Below the pieces are notes generated by a model. It was not told the origin of the DNA and searched no databases. It saw only the letters and a list, made by a program, of their open reading frames with translations. Both the position numbers and the translations under genes were made by a program. Positions 9,723 to 18,559 of a stretch of 64,000 nt of DNA are shown here, one piece after another. The first letter of the stretch is position 1; each line of letters begins with the position of its first letter. Origin of the DNA: an uncultured candidatus Porisulfidus sp. (lineage in GTDB: Bacteria; Pseudomonadota; Gammaproteobacteria; Poriferisulfidales; Oxydemutatoraceae); contig OZ244052.1 in the NCBI GenBank assembly GCA_965215125.1, positions 1,440,001 through 1,504,000 on the forward strand. Reading direction: 5' to 3'.

Positions 9723-10655
9723 TCAAATCATGCGCAACGAGGCGTTATTAATGTTATATCCGTTTGCGAGGGTGGCAGCGGGCATGGGTTTACCGCCGGC
9801 TAATTGTACTTCTAAAAGTTCCAAGACACCCTCGCCGCATCCTGCAAAGACTTTGCGCTTAGTGGTTTTGAGTCGTGCGGTTTCCATATTATTTTCGCAG
9901 ACGCGTGCCGACCATATTCTCAATATCCGTTTGTCTAAATAGGTTTGTGCAATAGGCCACGGATTATAGGCGCGGATTTTGTATGCGATATGTTGTGCCG
10001 AGTTGTTCCAATCAATCCATGCTTCTTGTTTTTTAAGTTTGGGGGCATAGGTGATGCCTGTTTCGGGTTGCTTGCGTGCTTGTTTTATGCGAGTGTGTAT
10101 TTCGTCGTCGTTATGTTTTAGCAAGCTGCCGATTTCCCGAGCACTCAATGTAGCGAGTTTTCTCTCCAAGCTGTGGGTCGTATCGTCCTCGCTAATTGAA
10201 CATCGGTATTGGTTGATGACGGGACCTGCGTCAAGTTCGGTGACTGTGCGCATTAGGCTGATCCCGGTTTCGGTATCCCCGGCTTCAATTGCTCGGGCGA
10301 TGGGTGCGGCACCGCGCCAACGCGGTAGTAGCGAAGTATGAATGTTGACACACCCTATAGGCAGACTTGCAAGAACTTCATCGGGTAATAACATGCCGTA
10401 GCTCATTGTGATCATCAGGTCTGCTTGCAGGGCGGTGATGTTATTTATAGTCTGTGGTGTGTAGGTTTCGGGTTGCATTACCGGCAAGCCGTGTGTTAGG
10501 GCTTCCTGTTTGATGGGGCTTTGGCGTTGTTTCAAACCTCTGCCGGCGGGTCGATCCGGTTGGGTGAGAATTGCGGCGATGTCGTGTTTAGACGATACAA
10601 CGGCGTGTAATACCGGCAGTATAAACTCGGGTGTTCCGGCAAAGATAATTCTCAT
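9723..10655 (-). CDS. fmt: Methionyl-tRNA formyltransferase
   Basis: MRIIFAGTPEF, TQPDRPAGRG, NIHTSLLPRWRGAAPI; downstream of def. Start moved to the conserved Met. Confidence 0.97.
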   Translation of the reverse strand: MRIIFAGTPEFILPVLHAVVSSKHDIAAILTQPDRPAGRGLKQRQSPIKQEALTHGLPVMQPETYTPQTINNITALQADLMITMSYGMLLPDEVLASLPIGCVNIHTSLLPRWRGAAPIARAIEAGDTETGISLMRTVTELDAGPVINQYRCSISEDDTTHSLERKLATLSAREIGSLLKHNDDEIHTRIKQARKQPETGITYAPKLKKQEAWIDWNNSAQHIAYKIRAYNPWPIAQTYLDKRILRIWSARVCENNMETARLKTTKRKVFAGCGEGVLELLEVQLAGGKPMPAATLANGYNINNASLRMI

Positions 10656-10687
10656 CGGGTATGCTCGCTTGATGAAACACCTCAGCG

Positions 10688-11227
10688 TCAATCAAGCGCA
10701 TAAGGAATTTTGTCTCGTTTGGGTATTTGACCGGTGCGTTTGATTTCTCTGACTTTTTCCAAAACCAGTCTGCGTTTTTCGGCAGAGAGGTAATCGACGA
10801 AGAGTTTACCTTGCAGGTGATCCATTTCGTGTTGTATGCAGACGGAGAGCAAGCCTTCGGCTTCAATTCGTATCGGTTTTCCAAGCTCGTCTTGTGCTTC
10901 AACGACAATGCGTTCAAAGCGCTGTATATCGGCGAAAATGCCGGGTACCGAGAGACAACCTTCGTTCATTATTTCTTGTCCGTTTGCTTCGGTGATTTTT
11001 GGGTTGACTAAGCAAATCGGTTGGTCTTGATCTTGAGAAGTATCCGCAACCAGTATAGATTTTTGAATATCCACCTGTGTTGCCGACAAACCGACACCAT
11101 CGGCATCATACATCGTTTCCAGCATATCGTTTTTGATGCGTATGATTTCCTTGTCAAAGACCTCAACGGGTGCAGCCTTTTTACGAAGGCGCGGGTCGGG
11201 GTAAGTGATTATCGGTAGCTTGGCCAT
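10688..11227 (-). CDS. def: Peptide deformylase
   Basis: GVGLSATQV, EGCLS and QHEMDHL motifs. Confidence 0.98.
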   Translation of the reverse strand: MAKLPIITYPDPRLRKKAAPVEVFDKEIIRIKNDMLETMYDADGVGLSATQVDIQKSILVADTSQDQDQPICLVNPKITEANGQEIMNEGCLSVPGIFADIQRFERIVVEAQDELGKPIRIEAEGLLSVCIQHEMDHLQGKLFVDYLSAEKRRLVLEKVREIKRTGQIPKRDKIPYALD

Positions 11228-11285
11228 AAAAGCGATTATACATTACTTGGGTGTCGTACAGATAGTGAGCGATGTTAATTGATGA

Positions 11286-11375
11286 GGAGGGGAATGTACC
11301 GGCACTGCACTTTTTGCAGAATACGCTGCGACCACCCCGTCAGGCTAACGCCTGCCCCCTACGAGGAGGAGAATT
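11286..11375 (+). repeat. REP-like units (degenerate) at the left boundary of the T4SS block
   Basis: GGAGGGGAATGTACCGGCACTGCAC...GACCACCCCGTCAGGCTAACGCCTGCCCCC; linker nearly the same as 8157-8192. Confidence 0.85.
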
Positions 11376-11470
11376 GTTCGCCTCTACACATGTCGGTTAC
11401 ATTGTGGTTCCATTTTTCAATAGTCCAAAATGAATCGGTACCGCAAAGCACCGAAATATCTAGTGTCGGT

Positions 11471-11501
11471 ACCTTCCGTCGGATATTAGCTACCGTTCGT
11501 C
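11471..11501 (+). promoter_or_regulatory. LytTR/AlgR-like direct-repeat operator
   Basis: ACCTTCCGTC (11471-11480) and ACCGTTCGTC (11492-11501), 21 bp apart; the second equals the Pseudomonas AlgR consensus; a similar pair occurs at 36220-36250. Confidence 0.55.
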
Positions 11502-11578
11502 GGAATGTCCGGAACTCGTTATACGGGTTGGGATACCCTGTTTGCATGAGTAATTTCAAACTGCACAGGAGTATAAAT

Positions 11579-12088
11579 ATGAGCGACTATATTAAATATG
11601 TATTGACCTTTATCGTGTTGGGTGCACATTCCGTTGCTGCGAATGTCAACACAAAAATCGATGTATCTTCGGATATTGCCGTCTGCATCGCAACCGCCGC
11701 ACACCAGTACGAATTAGACCCGTTGTTGCTGTTAGCCGTTAAATATGTAGAGACTGCCGATAGAACGGATACACCTATTCGCTACAACAAAAACGGTTCG
11801 TGGGACATTGGCTTGATGCAAATCAACTCGGTATGGAAGGACACACTCGATCGGCACGGTATCAGTTCTGCCGACTTGGAAATCCCTTGCAAAAATATCG
11901 CAGTGGGTGCGTGGATATTGGCCGACAAGATTAAGCAGAAAGGTATCTGGGAGGGCGTGGGTTCGTACCATTCAAACACGCCGCACTTGTCGCAAAGGTA
12001 TAGAGACAAAGTCAAGGCGGTTTGGGATGAGTTAAATAAGCTCAAGTGGTCTTTGGGCGAAGGGCTGGACAGCCGAAGCACGCAATGA
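11579..12088 (+). CDS. Lytic transglycosylase (SLT domain, VirB1/IagB-like)
   Basis: LLLAVKYVE (catalytic Glu), GSWDIGLMQINS, VGSYHS; RBS AGGAG before ATG at 11579; signal peptide. Confidence 0.9.
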   Translation: MSDYIKYVLTFIVLGAHSVAANVNTKIDVSSDIAVCIATAAHQYELDPLLLLAVKYVETADRTDTPIRYNKNGSWDIGLMQINSVWKDTLDRHGISSADLEIPCKNIAVGAWILADKIKQKGIWEGVGSYHSNTPHLSQRYRDKVKAVWDELNKLKWSLGEGLDSRSTQ

Positions 12089-12098
12089 AGCAGACTCA

Positions 12099-12872
12099 TT
12101 GTATGCGAGTGGGATGGTGAAAATGGGTATAGGTATCATAGCACCTCGTGCAGAGTCTATATCAAAAGCTAAGATTGCTTTGGGTGGTGCCATCGTTATT
12201 TTCGTAGTTGCAACCGTTGCTATTTTTATCGGCTTTCAATCGGAGATACGACCGTCTACCGACGGCAACATCGAGATCGGGTTTGAGACTATGAACGAGA
12301 CACCTACGGTTTATCCGTACGACAACTTTGATAGCAGTGCCGGCATAGAGGCCGATAACACAGTTAGTGTTTCCGATTTCGGCAACCGTCTGGATGCTGC
12401 AGACGAGCGTTTGAGTTCGATCGAACAATCGGTATCGCAGATGCAGTCGGAGTTATCGCATGACAGAGAGATCGGCGCGGAAACATTGCAAGGTTTATAT
12501 TCGCAAGTGCAATCCTTAACAGGTCGGGTTGCGGCGTTGGCAAGTGCCGACGACACTTTAGATGCCTCCTTGAAGCAGATCAAAACCGTCATGCAAAAAA
12601 TGCAAGTAGATCAACATCAAGATTCGCGAAACGAATTGCCGGTTGCCGGGTTGAAGTTATTAAGTGTTTCTATTTGGGACGACGGTGCGGTGGCAATCGT
12701 ATCTTTGGGCAACAGAAAAACCGGTTTGTCGGTCGGTAATTTTTTCGCCGGTCTAAAAGTTGAAGACATATCGGTTGCCGAGCAATCGCTCACTTTATAC
12801 GAACCTGCCACCGATAGGCTCTACACGCTTTATGCAGACGCAATCGTTTATAAGGAGGTTCACACGCAATGA
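12099..12872 (+). CDS. Membrane-anchored coiled-coil protein of MPF-G type T4SS/ICE
   Basis: N-terminal TM, central coiled coil, C-terminal beta-rich domain; position upstream of the TIGR03759-like gene. Confidence 0.55.
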   Translation: MYASGMVKMGIGIIAPRAESISKAKIALGGAIVIFVVATVAIFIGFQSEIRPSTDGNIEIGFETMNETPTVYPYDNFDSSAGIEADNTVSVSDFGNRLDAADERLSSIEQSVSQMQSELSHDREIGAETLQGLYSQVQSLTGRVAALASADDTLDASLKQIKTVMQKMQVDQHQDSRNELPVAGLKLLSVSIWDDGAVAIVSLGNRKTGLSVGNFFAGLKVEDISVAEQSLTLYEPATDRLYTLYADAIVYKEVHTQ

Positions 12873-13255
12873 TAATAAAACAACGCGTCAAGCTATATTT
12901 AATCGCCGGGCTATCCGCAGCGGGTATGTTGCTCTTTATGTTCGGTGCATCTTACAGCACAGTCAATTTCCGCAGTCTGGAATTGAGTCCTTTGCAGAAA
13001 AATCAAATGCATCATCTAGGCTTGCAAGAATCCGAGATGCGCGAGTTTTTGCTCAAGCGAGAGATATACAAGGGTTATATAGACACCGATAGACTGTCGC
13101 CCCACGAAATATTGGGGATACTATCGGAGGACGAAGCCGAACGGCGGCAATACGCACGAGCGGCAGCGCGTATCCGTTCACAGCTGATAGACAACACCAG
13201 AAATTTTGAGACGCTTTATTTACAGGAAGTGTCTCGTTTATCAACCCCGGGCTAG
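12869..13255 (+). CDS. TIGR03759-like integrating conjugative element protein (short form)
   Basis: LSPHEILGILSEDEAERRQYA resembles the conserved family motif. Confidence 0.65.
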   Translation: MIIKQRVKLYLIAGLSAAGMLLFMFGASYSTVNFRSLELSPLQKNQMHHLGLQESEMREFLLKREIYKGYIDTDRLSPHEILGILSEDEAERRQYARAAARIRSQLIDNTRNFETLYLQEVSRLSTPG

Positions 13256-13281
13256 CCCGGCATAACTTAAAGGAGATTATT

Positions 13282-13872
13282 ATGTTTTCAAAATTAAATC
13301 TATACATCGTTGCTTTGTGTGCTTTTTTGATGACGGTACCGATAGGGGCGCAACCGGTACAGGATTCCACCGACTTGCCGAAGATGCAAGAGGGTGACTT
13401 CAAGGCGATCAAACCTACAGAATCTGTGTCTACCTTGACGAAGGCGAATATTAAGGAGATCTTCAAAGGGTTACAAGCCACAGTAGACAATAGTGGAGAT
13501 TACAGTGCCTATCACGAAGATTTGCAATATAAAGTGATAGAACATTCCGGTAATCTGGCAATCCAAAAATATACTCCGCGCGTGACATGTTCTAAATACC
13601 TGAACCCACAGGGCATGGCTATGTGTTCGGCAGATAACAAAGCATTAGCAGGAAAGACTTCTGTCGCGTGTGTTATTCCCAAAGGAACTAAATCGTGTAA
13701 GAGCTCTAAAGGAGGGTATTACGAACTAACTTTGAGCGGCTTAATAGTAGCGGAAAGCTATGTCCGATGTTCCTATGTTCCGATAAGTCCGGGTGCTCAA
13801 AGATTATATTGCGGTTATGAGCCATATCCGCAAAAGGTTTATATATGGAACGCACCGGTTGTAGCACGATGA
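13282..13872 (+). CDS. Secreted cysteine-rich hypothetical protein
   Basis: Strong RBS AAGGAG, signal peptide, six Cys in the mature part; no family recognised. Confidence 0.7.
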   Translation: MFSKLNLYIVALCAFLMTVPIGAQPVQDSTDLPKMQEGDFKAIKPTESVSTLTKANIKEIFKGLQATVDNSGDYSAYHEDLQYKVIEHSGNLAIQKYTPRVTCSKYLNPQGMAMCSADNKALAGKTSVACVIPKGTKSCKSSKGGYYELTLSGLIVAESYVRCSYVPISPGAQRLYCGYEPYPQKVYIWNAPVVAR

Positions 13873-13953
13873 GGCGGCATTGTGCTCCGTTATTTTATCG
13901 GCGGATGTTGACAGTGCGTTCCGGTTTGGGCTTTAGAGATAGGAATCGTTTTT

Positions 13954-14457
13954 ATGCGTTGCGCACCGTGGTTTCACCCAAGAGGCTTTGCAAAGAGAAT
14001 AGTGGCGGATATTCGCACGCACATCGTACTGCTAGCGATGCTACTAACACCAATAACGATCGCCGGTTGCCACGCGCATCACGGCATGTCCTTTGAACAG
14101 GATAGACCGATGAACACGAGTGTAGAGCAAGATTTTTTTCGGCAGCCGTTGGTGCCGCAACAAGCGGCGATGCAGTTGCAGTCCGATCGTGTTTTGCAAG
14201 CGGATCATACCGAAGAGGAAAGCTACTTAAAAAATATCGTGCAGCTGCTGGAGCAATCCAAAATGCTGGCGGCGAATGCCGAGCGGCAAGTACAACCGCA
14301 GCAACGCAAGCTATTCAATTACGGTGCTTTTGAGATAGACATAGATACCGTCATCTTCGCGATCAAACGCTATCTTGCGGCAGACGATTATACGCCGCGC
14401 GGCTTTCAGGCACTGCCGCCGGCTCGATTAAAGGCTCGCTACTCCGATGTTGAATAG
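13954..14457 (+). CDS. RAQPRD-family ICE protein
   Basis: LFNYGAFEIDIDTVIFAIKRYL...TPR matches the family C-terminus; canonical position; start uncertain. Confidence 0.7.
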   Translation: MRCAPWFHPRGFAKRIVADIRTHIVLLAMLLTPITIAGCHAHHGMSFEQDRPMNTSVEQDFFRQPLVPQQAAMQLQSDRVLQADHTEEESYLKNIVQLLEQSKMLAANAERQVQPQQRKLFNYGAFEIDIDTVIFAIKRYLAADDYTPRGFQALPPARLKARYSDVE

Positions 14458-14704
14458 CAGTTATAACGGCGACGCTTTTTTATCCGCCAGCGGCATTTCC
14501 ATGGGTGACTTGGAGTTGTTGTTTTCTACGGTGTTGAGCATTTTAATTTTTATAGGGTTCGTTGCTAGGTTGATGAGGTTGCGTAGAGGGTTGCAAAACG
14601 GTGTGTTGTCCGAGGCGGGTTTTTTGTTCGGAGTGTTGCATGCATTGACTTTAATCATTTTGGTTATGGCTTTTATTCATTATTTGGTTTCAACCCGGCT
14701 ATAG
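14447..14704 (+). CDS. TIGR03758/DUF3262-like ICE membrane protein
   Basis: AFLSASGIS, two TM segments, synteny. Confidence 0.7.
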   Translation: MLNSSYNGDAFLSASGISMGDLELLFSTVLSILIFIGFVARLMRLRRGLQNGVLSEAGFLFGVLHALTLIILVMAFIHYLVSTRL

Positions 14705-14711
14705 GTGTTTT

Positions 14712-15065
14712 ATGTCACGGATTAAATTATTACTTCAAACTACGCTCGGCATGATTGCGCTGTTGTCGCTGTGGTCGGCAGCGCAGGCACAACTGCCGAC
14801 CCCGCCGAGTTTCGGCGGCGGTAGTAGCGGTGATTTTTGGGAGTATTTCAGGAATGCGCTGATAGCGATTTTCACGGTGGCTGCGGTGGCTATGCTGATT
14901 ATTGCGGTACTGGGTGCGAGCGGCGGATTATTGAATGCGCTGAAGAAGGGGCGTGAGCAGGGCGAGTGGGGGCATTTCGCAGTTACGGTTATTGCGACGA
15001 TTTTGGTTTTGGTGCTGATTATCTTCGGCACAGTCCAGATTATTCAGTATGTAAACGAGATATAA
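14712..15065 (+). CDS. TIGR03745/DUF2976-like ICE membrane protein (pilin-like)
   Basis: Signal peptide-AQLPTPP, two hydrophobic helices with GEWGHF, synteny. Confidence 0.75.
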   Translation: MSRIKLLLQTTLGMIALLSLWSAAQAQLPTPPSFGGGSSGDFWEYFRNALIAIFTVAAVAMLIIAVLGASGGLLNALKKGREQGEWGHFAVTVIATILVLVLIIFGTVQIIQYVNEI

Positions 15066-15068
15066 AGC

Positions 15069-15422
15069 GTGGATATTAGCGTGGAGATTGATATGAAGCC
15101 TGCCGATTTCTTAGACGACGAACCGTTGATGTTAAAAGGTTGCACAGGTTCGGAACTGAGCTTTGTGATTGTAGTTGCCGTCATCGTATGGCTGTTGCTA
15201 TCGGCTCTGCTGAGCTTTGTATTTTGGAATATATTTGTAGGGCTTATTGTGTTTATGGTGATGACACCTTTCACGGTGTGGTTGGTTGCCGTTTGGTATA
15301 GCCGTCTCAAGCGTAGCCGTCCTAGACATTGGCATTTACAATACTTGGCGGATCGCTTTTATTGGACCGGCTATTTTCACCAATGCCGACATGTCGGCAA
15401 TTTCAAAGCCACCGGATCTTAG
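15069..15422 (+). CDS. TIGR03750/DUF3487-like conjugal transfer protein
   Basis: PADFLDDEPLMLKGCTGSEL and RLKRSRP motifs. Confidence 0.8.
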   Translation: MDISVEIDMKPADFLDDEPLMLKGCTGSELSFVIVVAVIVWLLLSALLSFVFWNIFVGLIVFMVMTPFTVWLVAVWYSRLKRSRPRHWHLQYLADRFYWTGYFHQCRHVGNFKATGS

Positions 15423-15426
15423 GCAA

Positions 15427-16080
15427 ATGAATCGTTACCACTCGGCAGAAGCCAATTTGGTTGCACACATTAAGACCTTGAGGCTGATCGGTGCGGGTTT
15501 GTTCGCCGTATGTCTGCTACTACTCGCTGCGGTGTTTTGGGTTGCAAGAGAGCATCGTTTATCGTTGCCTCCCGAGTTGCGTTTCGGTTCCAAGCTCACC
15601 ACCGGCACGATAGAACCGCACGAGATTTATTTGTTCGCCGGTTCGGTTTATCAACAAATTTATTTGTGGTTGGAAGACGGCAGCAAAGATTTCACCGGCA
15701 ACATACAAAGGCTTCGTTATTTGATAACCGATGATTTCCATCGTTTCTTAATGCAGAAAAACAACGATTTGGCTAAGCGCGGAGAGCTCAAGGGGCGTAG
15801 ACGCAGTTTGCAACCGGCAAACATCTACCAGCACAGCTTGGTTCGCCGGACCGCCGGGAACGCATGGCTCGTGCAGTTGGATTTGATATTGAACGAGAGC
15901 TTGAACGGCATCAAAATCAAAGACGGCATCACCATTCGCGAACATATTCCGGTAGTCTACAAAGATATCAACTCGGCGTATAACCCATGGGGTTTGTTGC
16001 TAGATGCGCCGGCAAAGCCGTTGATTCGTATTCCTGCCGGCGATGTTGAACAAATACAACAGGTTAAAGGAAGTAAGTAA
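15427..16080 (+). CDS. TIGR03746/DUF2895-like ICE protein
   Basis: AHIKTLR, LPPELRFGS, WLEDGSKDF, ELKGRRR, YNPWGL; start set at MNRY. Confidence 0.85.
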   Translation: MNRYHSAEANLVAHIKTLRLIGAGLFAVCLLLLAAVFWVAREHRLSLPPELRFGSKLTTGTIEPHEIYLFAGSVYQQIYLWLEDGSKDFTGNIQRLRYLITDDFHRFLMQKNNDLAKRGELKGRRRSLQPANIYQHSLVRRTAGNAWLVQLDLILNESLNGIKIKDGITIREHIPVVYKDINSAYNPWGLLLDAPAKPLIRIPAGDVEQIQQVKGSK

Positions 16081-16931
16081 TGATGCGCGAAAATTTCTTT
16101 ATCTTTCTGCTGTTGTTGGCAAACAATTATCTGCACGCCGGTGAGACACTACAAATTGTTTATAAAGACGAGCCTATTCAAGTGCAGCTACGGGTCGGAA
16201 GCGAGCGACGTTTTATGCTGAAATCGGCAGCATCGGTCAAGGTCGGCATACCCAGATCGTTGCGTAATAAATTATCGGTAACCACGATAGGCTCACAGGT
16301 TTGGTTGCTTGCCGAGCAAAGTTTTGAAGACCAAAAAATCATTTTCAAAACATCCGACACCGAGATGCCCGACACCAAGATAGTGCTGATACTCGGTGCC
16401 GGCTATGACGATCCACCGGGAGAACCTATTTTGTTAAGTACCGATACCGGCACCGCGACATCTCAAGTCGAGGTTGCCGATTCAAACTGCGATATCGGTA
16501 TGGTCGAACTCGCTCGCTATGCGTTGCAATGGGCTTATGCGCCGCGCCGGTTATTAACCGGCAACCCGTGCATTACCGCAACCGATTACCCCAAAGATCT
16601 CCTAGATATTATGCGCTGCTTGAGGGTCAACGAACCTATTTGCGGCGGCGGGGTAATTGCCAAACCTGTTGCGGCGTGGCGGACTACCCAACTTTATGCG
16701 ACTTTGCTGGAACTTAAAAACACCTTGCAGACCACCGTTGCCTTAGACCCTCGCACAATCGTCGGAAACTTCAAAGCGGCAGCACTCGCACATTCTAAAC
16801 TGGAACCTGCGAATACCGAGAAGTCGGTGACTGCGTTGGTCGTTATCGGCAATAAACCGTTGCGCCGTTCCATTCCCGAATCGCGCTGGTTGGATAGAAC
16901 ACCGACCGATGCGCGCACACCTAAACTTTAA
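16080..16931 (+). CDS. TIGR03749/DUF3438-like ICE protein
   Basis: LRVGSERR, LARYALQWAYAPRRLL, LDPRTIVGNF. Confidence 0.85.
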   Translation: MMRENFFIFLLLLANNYLHAGETLQIVYKDEPIQVQLRVGSERRFMLKSAASVKVGIPRSLRNKLSVTTIGSQVWLLAEQSFEDQKIIFKTSDTEMPDTKIVLILGAGYDDPPGEPILLSTDTGTATSQVEVADSNCDIGMVELARYALQWAYAPRRLLTGNPCITATDYPKDLLDIMRCLRVNEPICGGGVIAKPVAAWRTTQLYATLLELKNTLQTTVALDPRTIVGNFKAAALAHSKLEPANTEKSVTALVVIGNKPLRRSIPESRWLDRTPTDARTPKL

Positions 16932-16938
16932 GGATACG

Positions 16939-18255
16939 ATGAAGACCAACCCCTTAGTTTATATTCTGATTGCGGTCATCGGCATTGTCGCACTGCTGAT
17001 GTCGCTGGCAAACGTTCAAGACGATGATTTTTCGGACTCGCAAACTACTTCGTCCGAACCGTCGCAATCGCCCGGTTATCCGGCGGAAGATAGCGACAGC
17101 CCTTCGGAAGCCGTTAAGGCAGTAGGTTCTCAGATCAATGCACTGCGAAAAGACCAATCGGCTTTTAAGGAGCAAATCAATCAAACAGTGAGTCGAATTC
17201 ATAACGAGTTGCAAACACTGCACGGCGAGATTAGAAAACTCGCAAATCGGCAGAACAGCACTGCCCGTCAAATCAATGTGCAGCAAACGAATATACCCGA
17301 GCGTGTCGGCAACCGGCAACCCGATATATCGAAACCGGGGGATGAGCCGATTGCACCGTACCACGAGAAGGTACCCGATTATTCGCCGTCGGGTGTTTCA
17401 ACGCAGCCTGCTTGGTTATGGATAGAGGATCAAAGTGTCATAACACCCGATGACGATGGATCGGAACATCTTGCCGGTGGTGTGTCCGAGTATTTGGATA
17501 TAGATGCGATATCGGCAATCGCGGCATCCGACGACGAGGTGGTGGCACACACCATTCCGCCTGCCACCGTCATACAAGGTGTCACATTGACCGCAGCGAT
17601 AGGACGTTTGCCGGTGCGCGGACAGTTGAACGAACCCTGGCCGATTAAAGTTATCAGCACGATGGAAGGTTATGCACCCAACGGTTATGCCGTTGATGCC
17701 GCACGGATGATTTGGGACGGCAGGGCATTCGGCGACGCTAATTTTGAATGTGTGCGAGTTGTTTTGACGCGGGTCACGGCAGTTTTGCCGGGCAAAGTAG
17801 TCAGTTTTGTGGAAGCCTCCGATAGCGAAAAAGGCTTGGGGTATTTGAGCGACGCTTACGGTCATCCTTGTCTTAAAGGCAAGCTGGTTAGCAACGCTGC
17901 TAAGCAAATGACCGCCGAGGCGATTTTGGGTATTGCACAAGGCATAGGCGAAGGTTATGCCGACACCCAGCGTACTCGTACGGTCAGCCCCGAAGGCAAC
18001 ACCATAGAGCGTGTTACCGGTGAAGAAGTGCGAGTGCTCATCGGTCAAGGCTTTGCCAGATCGGTCGGCAATGTCAGGAATTATTTGGCATCCAGATACG
18101 ATGTATGGGATGCGATTTATGTGCCTCCCGAGCGGGAAGTAGTAATCAATGTAGACCAACCGTTGGAGTTTATTTATGACAGTAATAAAAAGCTATACGA
18201 TGTTTCAGCCTTTGCTTTTAAGGTCGGTGATGATACTGGCACTCGTCTTGATTGA
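16939..18255 (+). CDS. TIGR03752-like ICE protein (VirB10/TraB-like)
   Basis: N-terminal TM and coiled coil; HTIPP, TAAIGRLPVRG, LGYLSDAYGHPCLKGKLVSNA, DAIYVPP. Confidence 0.85.
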   Translation: MKTNPLVYILIAVIGIVALLMSLANVQDDDFSDSQTTSSEPSQSPGYPAEDSDSPSEAVKAVGSQINALRKDQSAFKEQINQTVSRIHNELQTLHGEIRKLANRQNSTARQINVQQTNIPERVGNRQPDISKPGDEPIAPYHEKVPDYSPSGVSTQPAWLWIEDQSVITPDDDGSEHLAGGVSEYLDIDAISAIAASDDEVVAHTIPPATVIQGVTLTAAIGRLPVRGQLNEPWPIKVISTMEGYAPNGYAVDAARMIWDGRAFGDANFECVRVVLTRVTAVLPGKVVSFVEASDSEKGLGYLSDAYGHPCLKGKLVSNAAKQMTAEAILGIAQGIGEGYADTQRTRTVSPEGNTIERVTGEEVRVLIGQGFARSVGNVRNYLASRYDVWDAIYVPPEREVVINVDQPLEFIYDSNKKLYDVSAFAFKVGDDTGTRLD

Positions 18256-18559
18256 GGGGTGCGGTTCCAAATTGCCGGGTCACGATGGCAACCGCCGCCC
18301 GATGTTGGAATTATATAGGGCGCATAGTGCGAGTGCGAACGGCATTGACGGGAAATTGCGCCACGGTTCTGCCGATTTAACCGCTTATACCAGAGATGCA
18401 AACAACGAATTGGAAGTGCTTTTTCCGTTGTTGCCCAACCCCAAGATCGTTTTATTCGTATTCCCGCATATCGTTAAAGGTGCGCCGGTGCCGGGTTATG
18501 CAACCGGTTTCAGCTTGTACGAGAAAGATCATTACGCACTGCCTGCAGAGCATTTCTGA
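18176..18559 (+). CDS. TIGR03751-like conjugal transfer lipoprotein
   Basis: Lipobox-like IEGC, YTRDANNELEVLFPLLPNPKIVLFVFPH, PVPGY; true start probably 18200 or 18230. Confidence 0.85.
   Translation: MTVIKSYTMFQPLLLRSVMILALVLIEGCGSKLPGHDGNRRPMLELYRAHSASANGIDGKLRHGSADLTAYTRDANNELEVLFPLLPNPKIVLFVFPHIVKGAPVPGYATGFSLYEKDHYALPAEHF

Noticed and set aside
11279-11578. N-terminal 100 aa of the ORF-track SLT protein
   Set aside because: Translates repeat and operator DNA; the RBS and signal peptide support ATG at 11579. The same applies to the extension of gspC (56377-56517).
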